Positions 21,501 through 31,841 of a DNA stretch of 64,000 bases are shown piece by piece. The notes beneath the pieces were generated by a model that was not told where the DNA came from, ran no database searches, and saw only the letters and a program-made list of their open reading frames with translations. Source of the stretch: Terriglobia bacterium (lineage in GTDB: Bacteria > Acidobacteriota > Terriglobia > 20CM-2-55-15); assembly GCA_963664115.2 (NCBI GenBank), contig CAXWPJ010000001.1:1-64000 (forward strand). The letters run 5' to 3'. Position 1 is the stretch's first letter; every line of letters begins with the position of its first letter. The position numbers and the translations under genes are program-made.

Positions 21501-23076
21501 GTTGCTTGAAGTAACTGAACAGGCTTGGAGCACTGTCAGAGAGAACCGCCAACGGCGTATCGTTGCCCATGGAACCGAGCTCTTCGCCCCCTTTGACCGC
21601 CATGGGCGCCATGAGTATTCGCAGGTCTTCATGCGTGTACCCGAAGATCTGCTGCCGGCGAATAACCGTTGCATGCTCTGGCTCGGCCACCTCCGCCCCA
21701 TCGGGCACGTCGGCCAGCCCGACCATGTGGGCATCGAGCCATTCCTGGTATGGCTGGTCGGTAGCCATTGCGTGCTTCAACTCACTGTCATCGATAATGC
21801 GTCCCTGTTGGGTATCGATCAGGAACATCTTTCCGGGTTCGAGACGCCCTTTGCGCTCCACCTGCTCGGGAGGGATCTCCAGCACGCCGACTTCAGACGC
21901 CATCACAACCATGCCGTCGGTGGTGACGCAATACCTCGATGGACGCAAGCCGTTTCTGTCGAGCACCGCACCGATGACCGTTCCATCGGTAAACGCGATT
22001 GAAGCCGGGCCGTCCCAAGCCTCCATCAGGCAGGCGTGGTACTCGTAAAACGCTTTCTTCTCTTCGCTCATGCTCTCGTGGCCATCCCACGCCTCGGGAA
22101 TGAGCATCATGACGGCATGGGGCAGCGAGCGGCCGCACAACATGAGCATCTCGAGCGCGTTGTCGATGATCGCGGAATCGCTACCGTCTTCAATGAGAAC
22201 GGGAAACAAGTCGGGCAGGTCGTCACCAAAAAGCTCAGAACGGAACAGTCCTTCGCGTGCGCGCATCCAGTTGATATTTCCGCGCAAAGTGTTGATTTCC
22301 CCGTTATGGGCAAGGTAGCGGAACGGGTGGGCTAGCGGCCAGCTGGGAAATGTGTTCGTACTGAAGCGTTGATGAACCAGCGCGAGCGCGGACGCCATCT
22401 GAGGATCCTGTAGGTCGGAAAAGTAAACCTCGATCTGCTCCGCAGAGAGCATGCCCTTATAGACAATAGTGCGTGAAGAGAGGCTGGCAACATAGAAGGC
22501 ATCCCGTCTCGGGATAGACGATTCACGGACCGCTCGTTCCGCGCGTTTGCGAAGCAGGAGAAGCTTTCGTTCGAAGTCGGACGCATCGGTTTCCGCACCA
22601 CGGCCGACAAACACCTGGCGGATTCTGGGTTCGGCTGAACGTGCACCCTCGCCGATCGGAGAATTGTCGGTAGGAACATCCCGCCAACCCAGCAAGGTTT
22701 GACCGGTTCGATAAACTGCCTCTTCAACGAGCGCCTGGATCTTTTGCGCTTCGCTGGCCTGGGGAGGCAGGAACACCATCCCCACTCCATATTCGCCGGG
22801 AGCGGGCAAGCGCATGTTATCTTTCTGGAATTCCTGTTTGAAAAACGCGTGGGGAATCTGCAGCAAGATACCGGCGCCATCTCCAGTGTTAGCCTCGGCA
22901 CCCTTGGCACCGCGGTGCCGCAAATTCATCAGGATTTCAAGTCCCTGTCGAATGATGCGGTTCGACGCCTTCCCTTCGATATCGACGACAAAACCCACAC
23001 CACAGCTGTCGTGTTCGAATCGAGGGTCGTAGAGTCCGCCCTTTGTTGATTTTGCTTTAGGCTTCAAGTGCGACAA
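18529..23076 (-). CDS. gltB: Glutamate synthase large subunit
   Basis: HDSCGVGF Ntn cysteine, [45 protein letters not shown]. Confidence 0.98.
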   Translation of the reverse strand: MSHLKPKAKSTKGGLYDPRFEHDSCGVGFVVDIEGKASNRIIRQGLEILMNLRHRGAKGAEANTGDGAGILLQIPHAFFKQEFQKDNMRLPAPGEYGVGMVFLPPQASEAQKIQALVEEAVYRTGQTLLGWRDVPTDNSPIGEGARSAEPRIRQVFVGRGAETDASDFERKLLLLRKRAERAVRESSIPRRDAFYVASLSSRTIVYKGMLSAEQIEVYFSDLQDPQMASALALVHQRFSTNTFPSWPLAHPFRYLAHNGEINTLRGNINWMRAREGLFRSELFGDDLPDLFPVLIEDGSDSAIIDNALEMLMLCGRSLPHAVMMLIPEAWDGHESMSEEKKAFYEYHACLMEAWDGPASIAFTDGTVIGAVLDRNGLRPSRYCVTTDGMVVMASEVGVLEIPPEQVERKGRLEPGKMFLIDTQQGRIIDDSELKHAMATDQPYQEWLDAHMVGLADVPDGAEVAEPEHATVIRRQQIFGYTHEDLRILMAPMAVKGGEELGSMGNDTPLAVLSDSAPSLFSYFKQLFAQVTNPPLDAIREELVTSTISYIGAERNLVGPEPESAKQIRILSPILDNAEFRKLQNIQLDGYKTRTLSMLFAARDRGQGLARELEALCSAAIQAVDDGVNILVLSDRGVDRDQAPIPSLLATAGVHHHLVREGRRTRTAIVVETGEAREVHHYCLLMGYGATAVNPYLAFETLDEMVRQKLIDISPQEAVNHYMKAVKKGIVKVMSKMGISTLQSYRGAQIFEAIGLNHAFVDRYFTWTPSRIEGIGLNEIAEEILVHHSRAFPDRPVRAAVLEWGGQYQWRREGEYHMYNPETIHLLQYSTRTNNYKAFKKFSVAANATEQKLCTLRGLLDFKFADTPLSLDEVEPVESIVTRFATGAMSFGSISKEAHETLAIAMNRIGAKSNTGEGGEDPARYIPDANGDSRSSAIKQVASGRFGVTSEYLVSARELQIKMAQGAKPGEGGQLPGYKVDKNIARVRHSTPGVGLISPPPHHDIYSIEDLAQLIFDLKNANPRARISVKLVSEVGVGTVAAGVAKAHSDVVLISGDSGGTGASPLTSLKHAGIPWEMGLAETHQVLVANDLRSRITVQTDGQMKTGRDVVVAALLGAEEFGIATAALVVSGCIMMRVCHLNTCPVGIATQDPRLRAKFDGDAAHVVNYFRFVAEEVRELMAQLGFRTVDAMVGRMDRLHTDSAIDHWKGKKLDLSALLVAPEVPSNVGTRKLKEQDHGIDDVLDRKLIELAHEALQHKRPVEIRLPIRHSDRTTGTILGSEVTRAHGGDGLPEDTIGIHFKGSAGQSFAAFLPAGMTLTLEGDANDYLAKGLSGGRVIVFPSKKARFVPEENVIVGNVVLYGATGGEVFIRGLAGERFCVRNSGAITVVEGVGDHGCEYMTGGRVVVLGPSGRNFAAGMSGGIAYVLDREGDFGARCNLEMVDLEHFEGPAEESFVRYLIERHVNYTDSDYARDVLDAWEENRMKFVKVMPLDYRRVLDEQKGSPGDSMQVVRHG

Positions 23077-23257
23077 TTCTCCTGACCACTTCTCGAATCC
23101 ATTGCCATTTTAAGGAATACCGTCCCTCTGGGACGCCAGAAAAGCTATCCCTGCTGGAGTCTTACGACGAAAACCGGGGGCAAATCCGAGTCTGGGTATC
23201 GCTAGACTTTAAGCTTTTTAAGAAAATAAGTCATCCGCAAAAACAAAATTACTTTGC

Positions 23258-23272
23258 ATAAGTAAATCTTAT
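23258..23272. promoter_or_regulatory. Putative LysR binding site (T-N11-A dyad)
   Basis: ATAAG-taaat-CTTAT dyad 16 bp upstream of the LysR start, in the divergent gltB/LysR promoter region. Confidence 0.65.
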
Positions 23273-23288
23273 ACTATAGCTTCTGATT

Positions 23289-24197
23289 ATGCACATGGAG
23301 ACCCTCTACCTTTATTGCGATGTCATCCGCTCGAACAGCTTCTCGCTCGGAGCGGCTGCAAACCACGTCTCACAGTCGGCTGCAAGCCAATCCGTCCGCC
23401 AGCTGGAGCAGGAATTAGGTGTCCGCTTGATCGACCGAACCAAGCGCCCTTTTTACGTGACCCGGGAAGGCAATGTCTTCTTTGATGCGTGCCAGGAAAT
23501 TGTCGAGTGCCTGGAAAAAGCCAAGGCCGATATCAACACGCATAAGACTCGGATCGAAGGCACGGTTCGCGTAGCCGTAATCTATTCGGTCGGCCTTCAG
23601 GACATGGGATGGTACACGCAAAACTTTTCGACCCAATACCCGAAGGCCCGCATACGGCTCGCCTATCTTCACCCGGACGAAGTCGTCGAAGCCATCGTCT
23701 CGGACGCGGCCAATCTGGGCATTCTCTCGTTTCCGGGTTCGAATCGGTCTCTCACAATCATTCCATGGCATACCGAGCCGATGGTATTCGTATGCTCAAG
23801 CACCCATCCCCTCGCCAAGGCCAAGCGTGTCAGCGCTGCGGACGTGGCCAAGCAGAAATTCGTCGCTTTCGATAAGACACTTTCGATTCGAAAGGCCGTC
23901 GACCGAGCGTTGCGACGCGAGGGTCAGAAAGTTGAGATCACGATGCAGTTCGACAATATCGAGACCATCAAAGAAGCCATCACCACGCAGTCGGGTGTCA
24001 GCATCCTTCCCCGCCCGAGTGTCAGACGCGAAGTTGAAGAAGGCGTACTAGTCACGGTGCCGTTGGACATGCCTGAACTGAGCCGTCCGGTCGGCATTGT
24101 TCATCGCCGGCATAGACAACTGGGACCCACAACTCTGGCTCTCATGGAATTTCTCCAGAAATATCGTCCGGGGGATCGGGTTGGTTCGCCTGGATGA
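23289..24197 (+). CDS. LysR-family transcriptional regulator, divergent from gltBD (GltC-like context)
   Basis: HTH SFSLGAAANHVSQSAASQSVRQLEQELGVRLIDR plus substrate-binding domain. Confidence 0.92.
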   Translation: MHMETLYLYCDVIRSNSFSLGAAANHVSQSAASQSVRQLEQELGVRLIDRTKRPFYVTREGNVFFDACQEIVECLEKAKADINTHKTRIEGTVRVAVIYSVGLQDMGWYTQNFSTQYPKARIRLAYLHPDEVVEAIVSDAANLGILSFPGSNRSLTIIPWHTEPMVFVCSSTHPLAKAKRVSAADVAKQKFVAFDKTLSIRKAVDRALRREGQKVEITMQFDNIETIKEAITTQSGVSILPRPSVRREVEEGVLVTVPLDMPELSRPVGIVHRRHRQLGPTTLALMEFLQKYRPGDRVGSPG

Positions 24198-24240
24198 GAC
24201 GGGGGGGAGTTAACAGTTGTCAGACCCGCACTTGGCACTT

Positions 24241-25167
24241 CTACGAAATACTCACGGGCGCAGGCATAAAGCAGAGCACAAACATTGCCAACGCGATCCA
24301 TCCCAGCGTCACGTGCCGTGACTCCAGAGGGAGGGAATCGTCCAGGGTCGGAGGATGTCGCGTCCCCAAAATGGCCAGCAGGAAAATCCAGACAAACCAT
24401 CCCGGCCAATAGAACACCCCGAGCGGAATAAGGGCAAAGACAAAGGCCTGGGAGATGCGCTTGTGATGGCGTCCAAACAAAGCGTAAGCGATGTGTCCTC
24501 CATCGAGTTGCCCGACGGGAATAAGATTCAAAGCCGTGACGAGCAGACCGACCCATGCGGCCATGCCGATCGGATGGAGATAAAGTTCCATCCCGGGCGG
24601 TGGCACCGCTCCCATGGCATACGCAAAAATCTTGAAGATCAGCGGTTCCCCGAGCATGAGAAACGAGCCGTCCGGATCAGCTTCCATATACCGTGATTGG
24701 GTCAGGGCGATAGCCAGCGTGGGAAGCGCCAGAACGAATCCCGCGATCGGTCCGGCGATCCCGACATCCAGCAACGCTGCGCGATGGTGTATGGGCGAGC
24801 GAATGCGAATGAAGGCACCAAAAGTGCCGATCAGTGTCGGTGCCGGAATGAAATATGGAAGGGATGCCGAAATCCCGTAGTAGCGGCAGGTCAGATAGTG
24901 ACCCATTTCGTGGGCCAACAGGATCAACATGAGAGGCGCGCTGAACGGCAGGCCCGTCAAGAGTAAATTGGGCTGTTCCAGAATGGCCTGAAAAATACCG
25001 CCCGATTCGGAGGACAGGTTCTGGTCGAAAGACGCCATCAGCGTCGTGCCCACAACCAGGGTGGTGAAAACAGTCGCGACGAACAGGGCAACGTTCACCC
25101 ATGGAAATGGCGACCGCGCGGGAGTGGCAAAACTCGGCCCCAATCCATCGAAAACGTGGTTGTCCAT
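24241..25167 (-). CDS. Site-2 protease (M50) family membrane metalloprotease
   Basis: AHEMGH, IAGPIAG, NLIPVGQLDGGH. Confidence 0.92.
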   Translation of the reverse strand: MDNHVFDGLGPSFATPARSPFPWVNVALFVATVFTTLVVGTTLMASFDQNLSSESGGIFQAILEQPNLLLTGLPFSAPLMLILLAHEMGHYLTCRYYGISASLPYFIPAPTLIGTFGAFIRIRSPIHHRAALLDVGIAGPIAGFVLALPTLAIALTQSRYMEADPDGSFLMLGEPLIFKIFAYAMGAVPPPGMELYLHPIGMAAWVGLLVTALNLIPVGQLDGGHIAYALFGRHHKRISQAFVFALIPLGVFYWPGWFVWIFLLAILGTRHPPTLDDSLPLESRHVTLGWIALAMFVLCFMPAPVSIS

Positions 25168-25227
25168 GAAACTACGCGACCCAGGCTTTATCTTGAACGC
25201 CGGACCTCGTATGCCGGAGACCGGGCA

Positions 25228-25494
25228 CTACAATGACTGCAGGTCTTTCCCAGGCTTGAATCTAACGGCCTTTCCCGGGGGAATGCTAACTTCAGATCCA
25301 GTGCGAGGATTGCGCCCGATGCCCGTCTTCCGCGGCTTAACGGAAAAGACGCCAAAGCCCCGGAGTTCAATGCGATCGTCACGCTTCAACGCCTGTTTCA
25401 TTGAACCAAAAATGGTGTCCACCGCTTGCTCGGCTTTGGTCTTGCTGACACCAGTGCGGGCGACGATCTGATTGACAAGGTCGACCTTGATCAC
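25228..25494 (-). CDS. HU/IHF family DNA-binding protein
   Basis: IELRGFGVF, GRNPRTG, VRFKPGKDL; GGAGG RBS. Confidence 0.93.
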   Translation of the reverse strand: MIKVDLVNQIVARTGVSKTKAEQAVDTIFGSMKQALKRDDRIELRGFGVFSVKPRKTGIGRNPRTGSEVSIPPGKAVRFKPGKDLQSL

Positions 25495-25574
25495 AGCAAA
25501 CCTCCATTGATTTGAGCTATCTCGTTTGAAACCATATTCTTACATCTTTTACCACTCAAAGGGGGCCTGAGGCA

Positions 25575-26150
25575 ATGGCTATTAAGCCGGATTCCTGGAT
25601 ACGACGTAAATGCGAGCAGGACAACATGATCGAACCCTTCAGCGCCGAGCAGGTCGCTTCAGGCAAAATCTCTTACGGGCTATCGTCCTACGGCTATGAT
25701 TTGCGACTCGCCAACGAGTTCAAGATATTCACCCCGCCCGAAGGTGGACTGATTGACCCGAAAGCGATTCCACCCGAATATTACCGCGACCATCAAGGCC
25801 CCCACTGCGATATCCCTCCTAATACCTATATCTTAGGTCGGACCCTGGAATATCTCCGTATTCCTCGGGACGTACTGACACTGTGTCTGGGTAAGTCCAC
25901 CTACGCCCGCGCCGGGGTGTTGATCAACGTGACGCCATTCGAACCCGAGTGGGAAGGATATCCGACAATTTCCATCGCCAACACGACCCCGTCAACGGTC
26001 CGCGTCTATGCGCACGAGGGACTCTGCCAACTTCTTTTTTTTCAGTCGGATGAATCCTGTGAGGTCTCTTACCAGGATCGTAAGGGTAAGTATCAGGCGC
26101 AGAAAAAGATCGAATTCGCTAAAACGGACACGCCTCCACCGAAACGATAA
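25575..26150 (+). CDS. dcd: dCTP deaminase
   Basis: [40 protein letters not shown]. Confidence 0.95.
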   Translation: MAIKPDSWIRRKCEQDNMIEPFSAEQVASGKISYGLSSYGYDLRLANEFKIFTPPEGGLIDPKAIPPEYYRDHQGPHCDIPPNTYILGRTLEYLRIPRDVLTLCLGKSTYARAGVLINVTPFEPEWEGYPTISIANTTPSTVRVYAHEGLCQLLFFQSDESCEVSYQDRKGKYQAQKKIEFAKTDTPPPKR

Positions 26151-26165
26151 ATTTGGCAAAACGTC

Positions 26166-26276
26166 TTTCAACACGAAGACACGAAGGCAACGAAGCAAGA
26201 GAGGTCTCTAAGAAATCAGAAACTTCGTTTCCTTCGTGTCTTCGTGTTGAAAAGAATCTTTGCGCCTTTGCGGTGA
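26166..26276. repeat. 9-bp periodic inverted repeat (CACGAAG type) plus orphan CGCAAAG-type half-site
   Basis: 30-bp IR with 1 mismatch (26166-26195 / 26223-26252), followed by ctttgcgcctttgcggtga (26258-26276). Confidence 0.85.
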
Positions 26277-26302
26277 GATCCCTTCTTCCCGCTCGCCAGG
26301 TG

Positions 26303-26644
26303 TCATTCCTCTTTCGGCGCGTTCCGGCACGCCTCACATTGGCAGAGTCGCCGCAGATATTCGAAGCTGTAAATCCCGGTTCGGTGTCCGTCGCTCCAAA
26401 GGATCTGAATGGCGTAGTGGCCTACGAGTTCAATATTGCTGAACTTGAGTTCATCGGAGATGTGCATGGGAAGAATCAATCGTTCGCCGGTATCTTCGTC
26501 CTGGCAGGAGGCGCAAGGGCAGAGGCCCCTCAAGAGCGGGCCGATGTAATGACTCTCGTGACCATCGTCCCAGACGATCATCAACTCCTGGTCGCTGACC
26601 TTCTTGATCCTGACCGGATCGGTAGACCCGGCCCCTTTTTGCAT
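26303..26644 (-). CDS. DUF971 / GBBH-like N-terminal domain protein
   Basis: WDDGHES, LRGLCPCASC, VGHYAIQILWSDGHRTGIYSFEYLR; directly follows mrp. Confidence 0.88.
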   Translation of the reverse strand: MQKGAGSTDPVRIKKVSDQELMIVWDDGHESHYIGPLLRGLCPCASCQDEDTGERLILPMHISDELKFSNIELVGHYAIQILWSDGHRTGIYSFEYLRRLCQCEACRNAPKEE

Positions 26645-27745
26645 CTACTCGACCTCCAGAACCGGAGCCTTGTAGGTCTGAATGCTGACCTGGGCGGCCA
26701 CCTGCTCGGCAATCTGGGTGAGGACGACGCTGCTGGCGGCATCGGGATGGGAAACGACAATGGGTTCGCCCAGATCCGATTGTGTCCGAATTGGCAAATC
26801 GAGGGGAACGGCCCCGAGAAAGGGAATCTCCATTTCCTCGGCTGCTCGACGGGCGCCGTCTTCACCAAAGATGTGATCCTTGGCATCGCAATGCCCGCAA
26901 ATCCAGTACGACATGTTCTCGATGATTCCAAGTATAGGAATCTTGGTCTGCTGGAACATTCGGAGCGTCTTCATTGAAATCTGCAGGCCAACATCCTGAG
27001 GCGTCGACACAATGACGGCTCCGGTAACCGGGACCGACTGGGACAAGGTAAGGTGGACATCACCGGTTCCAGGGGGCAAATCGATAAACAGGTAATCCAG
27101 TTCACCCCATTCCACGTCGAACAGACATTGCTGGAACGCTTTGTGGGCCATGGGACCGCGCCAGATCAAGGGTTGATCGGGAGACTTGACCAGTAAACCC
27201 ATGGACATGAACTTGAGTCCTGCCGACTCCTTGGGAATTATCTTACCCTTGACGTGGTCGGGCTCGCCCCAGGTGCCCAGCATGATGGGCATCGAAGGAC
27301 CGTAGATATCGCCGTCCAAAAGTCCGACTCGAGCTCCGGTCTGCGCCAGCGCCGCTGCAAGGTTCACGGCGATAGTGGACTTTCCGACACCGCCTTTCCC
27401 ACTGCCGACGGCAACGATGTTGCGCACTTTCGATAGCGTACCCTTACCGGTTGATGGAGAAGAACGCACCTCGGCCGTCATGTTCACCTTCACTGCACCC
27501 ACCCCGGGGAGAGCCTGGACCAAACTGGTCGCCTGGTCACACATGAGGTCTTTCACGGGGCAGGCCGGAGTGGTCAGGTTGATGTCGAAAGTGACCGAGT
27601 CGCCATCGATTTTGAGGTTTCGTACGAAACCGAGCGAAACGATATCTTTGTTGAGGTCCGGATCCACGACTTTGCGCAATGCGCCCAGTATCTGTTCTTC
27701 CTGTGGCCGAGACTCCGGACTGTCTTCTCTGTTCTGACCCGTCAT
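26645..27745 (-). CDS. apbC: Mrp/ApbC Fe-S cluster carrier ATPase
   Basis: N-terminal FeS assembly domain LTTPACP, SGKGGVGKST, DLPPGTGD, ENMS..CGHC. Confidence 0.93.
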   Translation of the reverse strand: MTGQNREDSPESRPQEEQILGALRKVVDPDLNKDIVSLGFVRNLKIDGDSVTFDINLTTPACPVKDLMCDQATSLVQALPGVGAVKVNMTAEVRSSPSTGKGTLSKVRNIVAVGSGKGGVGKSTIAVNLAAALAQTGARVGLLDGDIYGPSMPIMLGTWGEPDHVKGKIIPKESAGLKFMSMGLLVKSPDQPLIWRGPMAHKAFQQCLFDVEWGELDYLFIDLPPGTGDVHLTLSQSVPVTGAVIVSTPQDVGLQISMKTLRMFQQTKIPILGIIENMSYWICGHCDAKDHIFGEDGARRAAEEMEIPFLGAVPLDLPIRTQSDLGEPIVVSHPDAASSVVLTQIAEQVAAQVSIQTYKAPVLEVE

Positions 27746-27763
27746 ATGTCCCCCTCTCTAAAA

Positions 27764-27837
27764 AAGGGGACGTACACTTCAGAAATCAAACCGGTCCACG
27801 AACGCGACTTCCTGAATTCTTAAGTGTACGTCCCCTT
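27764..27837. repeat. Short IR-bounded element (AAGGGGACG-ACACTT family), copy 1
   Basis: Perfect 16-bp IR aaggggacgtacactt / aagtgtacgtcccctt with a 42-bp spacer. Confidence 0.85.
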
Positions 27838-27855
27838 AATAATTGTAACCCAAAG

Positions 27856-28959
27856 CTATGCCCGGACCGCGTTGAACTTCGCGACGATATCGTTTGAAAA
27901 CCCTGCAAACACGGGTTCAGTCGCCAGCCGGACACCAAAACGGTCTTCGACCGACGATTGTACATTTCCGGCAAACCGCAATACGTCTTCGGCCGTGGCC
28001 CCGCCTCTGTTAATGACGGCCAGCGCATGCTTTTTAGACAGACCGACGGAACCATCCGACGCCCCTTTGTGATAGCCCGCACCCTCAATCAGCCACGCCG
28101 CCGGCACTTTAGTGAGTCCGCCCGTGGACTTGTAATGGGGCATGTCCTCCCCTGCGGCAAGGATTCCCGTTTTGTGCGCCAACGCTGCAACCCCGGCGTA
28201 AGTTGCTTCGTCCAGAACCGGATTCTTAAAGAAGGACCCGGCGCTCGCGAAGTCGGGATCGCCCTCCACCCGAAGCATCGCCTTACCGGCTCGAATCTTT
28301 CGGACGGCATCCCGGACTTCGGCGAGACCCGGATCCGTATGCCCGTCGAAGTATCGTTTGAGATCGGGATAGTCTGTCTTCGGGCGACCCTTGCTCTTCA
28401 AGTTGTAGTCAACAGCCAGAACGATGTGCCGGCCCCGCGCCGTCGTATTGAAGACACTGCTTCGGTAACTGAAATCGCAATCCGCCCGGGACAGTTCTCG
28501 AACAATCCCTTCATGACGGTCGTATACGCGCACACAGGCAATGACCTCGGAGACTTCCTGTCCGTACGCGCCAACGTTCTGGATCGGTGTTGCTCCGGCC
28601 CAACCGGGTATCCCGCTCAGACACTCGATACCGAACAGGCCCCGCTCCACCGACTGCGCCACCACTTCATCCCAATCGACGCCCGAACCGGCACGCACCA
28701 ACACACCTTCTCTGGTCTCTGTCAGGTCCAAACCACCGATACGCACCTGCAGCACGAGCCCCGGAAAGCCTTCGTCTGACACGAGCAGGTTGCTGCCGCC
28801 ACCGAGAATCATAAGGGGCAGTGTACTGATTTCTGCGAACTCGATCGCATCCAGGACATCGTCTTCCCCACGCGCTTCGACGAAGTAACGAGCAGGGCCT
28901 CCGATCCCCAGGGTTGTCAATGGAGATAGAGGTATGTTTTCCTGAATCAAGCTTTTCAT
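27856..28959 (-). CDS. murB: UDP-N-acetylmuramate dehydrogenase
   Basis: LGGGSNLL, SGIPG...PIQNVGAYG, FSYRSSVF, SAGSFFKNP, KHALAVIN. Start taken at ATG 28959. Confidence 0.95.
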   Translation of the reverse strand: MKSLIQENIPLSPLTTLGIGGPARYFVEARGEDDVLDAIEFAEISTLPLMILGGGSNLLVSDEGFPGLVLQVRIGGLDLTETREGVLVRAGSGVDWDEVVAQSVERGLFGIECLSGIPGWAGATPIQNVGAYGQEVSEVIACVRVYDRHEGIVRELSRADCDFSYRSSVFNTTARGRHIVLAVDYNLKSKGRPKTDYPDLKRYFDGHTDPGLAEVRDAVRKIRAGKAMLRVEGDPDFASAGSFFKNPVLDEATYAGVAALAHKTGILAAGEDMPHYKSTGGLTKVPAAWLIEGAGYHKGASDGSVGLSKKHALAVINRGGATAEDVLRFAGNVQSSVEDRFGVRLATEPVFAGFSNDIVAKFNAVRA

Positions 28960-29046
28960 TCTTTTATTGCGGCCTTTGAACGTTTCTAAGTGTAGCAGTC
29001 CGTGTTTGGAAAATTCATCCGCGCCCGCGGCTGTACCAGCTGAAGA

Positions 29047-30444
29047 ATGAGCCTGCAACTCACTCTGCTGATCGCGTACCTGATCGGAATCATCGTCTTC
29101 GGACTCGTCGTATCCCGCACGGTCCGGCACGCCTCAGATTTTCTCGTAGCGGGCCGGAACCTCGGGCCCGGCCTGATCTTCGCGACCTTCCTCGCGGCCA
29201 ATATCGGAGCGGGTTCAACCGTCGGGGCAGCGGGTATCGGGTATGAGCTGAGCCTGTCTGCCTGGTGGTGGGTGGGCTGCGCAGGCATCGGGTCGCTCAT
29301 CCTGGCCAACTTTGTCGGGCCCGCCATCTGGCGGATCGCGAAGCAGCACGATCTGCACACGATGGGCGACTTCCTGGACCTTCGCTACAACCGGGCTGTT
29401 CGGGGGGTCGTCGCCTCCCTGCTCTGGGTCGGCACACTAGCCATACTCGCAGTACAGCTGATCGCGATCTCTCGCATTCTCGAGATCGTTGTGGGATGGC
29501 CGAAGTGGCAGGGATGCGTGGTCGGCGGTATCGTCGTGATGGCGTACTTCACGGCTGGAGGTCTCTCGACGGCAGCTCGCGTCAACGCTGTCCAGTTGGT
29601 GTTCATGCTCGTAGGGTTTCTGGTGGCCATTCCTTTCGCGCTGGAAGCAAGCGGGGGATGGGCGGCTCTTGGAGAGACCCTGTCCTCGAACCGGGATCCG
29701 TCCTATTCGAGTATGACCGGCGTGGGACCGCGCGGCATACTGGCATACATCGTGTTGTTGGTCCCCGCGTTCATCGTATCTCCGGGCCTGATTCAGAAAC
29801 TCTACGGAGCACGCGACGAGCGGGCTGTACGAATCGGCATCAATCTGAACGCAATCGGTCTGGGGCTGTTCGCTTTCGTTCCCGTCTTCTTTGGCATGGT
29901 CGCGTACGCGAACTTCCCTGCCCTCGCTGATCCGGAGCTGGCCCTTCCGCAGGTCATGGTCGAGTTACTGCCCTCAGGCGTGGGCGCACTGGCCCTGGCG
30001 GCCATCCTGTCGGCCGAACTCAGCTCATCGGACGCTATTCTGTTCATGCTATCGACATCACTCAGCGTCGATCTTTACAAGAGGTTTCTGAAGCCCGATG
30101 CCAGCGAGCGGCGGCTGTTGCAGGTCAGCCGTGGGGCGGCAGTGGCCGGCGGCCTGCTGGCGGTCGCACTGGCGATAGCCCTGCCTTCGATTATTCAGGG
30201 ACTGACGATCTTTTACGGACTGTTGGGCGTCGCGCTGTTCGTTCCGACGCTCGCCGGTCTATATTCGAAGGTTCCCAAGGCAGGGACGGCTCTCTGGACG
30301 GTCATCGGCTCCGTCTCAATCACCGTGGTCGTATATCTGTGGACCGATGGCACGGGTATGGGCATTTTGACTCCGTATGCGATCGGAATCATTTGTGCGA
30401 TAGCATTAACCCTGGCCCGATGGAATCATGACCGAAAAACGTAG
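29047..30444 (+). CDS. Sodium:solute symporter (SSS) family transporter
   Basis: DFLVAGRNLG, many TM helices, AAILSAELSSSD, DLYKRF. Confidence 0.92.
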   Translation: MSLQLTLLIAYLIGIIVFGLVVSRTVRHASDFLVAGRNLGPGLIFATFLAANIGAGSTVGAAGIGYELSLSAWWWVGCAGIGSLILANFVGPAIWRIAKQHDLHTMGDFLDLRYNRAVRGVVASLLWVGTLAILAVQLIAISRILEIVVGWPKWQGCVVGGIVVMAYFTAGGLSTAARVNAVQLVFMLVGFLVAIPFALEASGGWAALGETLSSNRDPSYSSMTGVGPRGILAYIVLLVPAFIVSPGLIQKLYGARDERAVRIGINLNAIGLGLFAFVPVFFGMVAYANFPALADPELALPQVMVELLPSGVGALALAAILSAELSSSDAILFMLSTSLSVDLYKRFLKPDASERRLLQVSRGAAVAGGLLAVALAIALPSIIQGLTIFYGLLGVALFVPTLAGLYSKVPKAGTALWTVIGSVSITVVVYLWTDGTGMGILTPYAIGIICAIALTLARWNHDRKT

Positions 30445-30471
30445 AGGCCATCTTAAAACCATCTGAGATAA

Positions 30472-31524
30472 ATGACGGATCGCAGAATATTCGGAAAGAC
30501 ATTGGTGGGCGGGGCGGCGTACTTAATACATCCGGCCCTCCAGAACAACACTCAAAATAGGAACAGCCTCACTGACGTCCAGGGCATCCGTGTGGGTCAC
30601 TTCACGTCATCGGAGAGACCCACCGGCTGCACGGTCATCCTGACCGAGGCCGGAGCCGTAGCCGGCGTCGACGTCCGGGGGTCTGCCCCGGGGACCCGTG
30701 AAACCGACCTGCTCAGTCCCGTCAACACCGTACAGGAAATTCACGCTGTTTTGCTTTCCGGTGGCAGCGCTTTCGGTCTCGATGCGGCGACGGGTGTGGT
30801 CCGGTACTTGCGCGAGCGCGGGGTGGGTTACCCGACACGGGCAGCAAACGTTCCGATCGTACCCGCAGCCATACTTTACGACCTCAACCTTGGTGACGCC
30901 TCGATCTGGCCGGATGCCGCGGCCGGCTATGTCGCGGCCTCGGAGGCCACTTCCAATCCAGTCGCCGAAGGCAACGTGGGCGCCGGAGCCGGAGCGACGG
31001 TCGGAAAAACAGCGGGTCTTAGTCAAGCGATGAAAGGCGGCCTCGGATCCTTCAGCTACAGAATCGGTGACCTCGTCGTTGGCGCCATCGTCGCCGTCAA
31101 CTGCGTCGGCAACGTGATCGATCCAGCCACCGGCGAGATCATCGCAGGGGCGCGGAGCGAAGACGGTCCCGGCTTTATCGACACACGGCAGTTGATCCTT
31201 GCGAGGCAGGACTCCCTGGCTACTGTCGGGGAAAACACGACGATCGCCGTGGTCGCAACGAACGCAAGGTTCACGAAAACTGAAATGACAAAGGTCGCAC
31301 AGATGGCCCAGGATGCCCTGGCACGAACAATCTATCCGGCACATACGCCCGCAGACGGGGACACCGTATTTGCCCTGTCGATGGGAACCTCGGAAGCCAC
31401 CACAAATCCAGGCACCGTGGGCGCGCTCGCCGCGGAAGTTCTGGCCGCAGCCATACTCCGCGCAGTCAAGGAAGCAAGCTCCATCCCCGGTTTCCCGGCC
31501 TACCGCGACTTTCTATCCCCTTAA
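30472..31524 (+). CDS. P1 (DmpA/S58) family peptidase
   Basis: LTDVQGIRVGH, GSAPGTRETDLL, GNVGAGAGA, ENTTIAVVATNA, HTPADGDTVFA. Confidence 0.9.
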   Translation: MTDRRIFGKTLVGGAAYLIHPALQNNTQNRNSLTDVQGIRVGHFTSSERPTGCTVILTEAGAVAGVDVRGSAPGTRETDLLSPVNTVQEIHAVLLSGGSAFGLDAATGVVRYLRERGVGYPTRAANVPIVPAAILYDLNLGDASIWPDAAAGYVAASEATSNPVAEGNVGAGAGATVGKTAGLSQAMKGGLGSFSYRIGDLVVGAIVAVNCVGNVIDPATGEIIAGARSEDGPGFIDTRQLILARQDSLATVGENTTIAVVATNARFTKTEMTKVAQMAQDALARTIYPAHTPADGDTVFALSMGTSEATTNPGTVGALAAEVLAAAILRAVKEASSIPGFPAYRDFLSP

Positions 31525-31841
31525 ACACTGCCCTGCCAGCTTGCTGGCGAGTGTAAGCGAACCAGCCACCTGAGAACTCCCGTTAAACGTAAGATTCATC
31601 TCGACATTCTTTGCAGGAAAATTCCGACTCCAAGGTTCAGGCGTGGCGGGCATTTCGGCATGTGAGTCGCAAAGTCTCAATTACGTCGCTCAACTCCCCG
31701 GAAATCCATGGTTTTCTGAAGGGACGAGATTTTTGAGAAGGACGGCTTTCGACGGAGCTGACAGACAGTGCGACTGCATCGATTCGTAAGCCTGTCCGTC
31801 ACACTTCTGTAACAAATCGCCGATCAGACGATCCGCCGCGT

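Noticed and set aside
31560-31800. Possible IS/MITE remnant (aactcccgttaaac … tttcgacggagct)
   Set aside because: End similarity is too weak, with no target duplication or second copy in the window.
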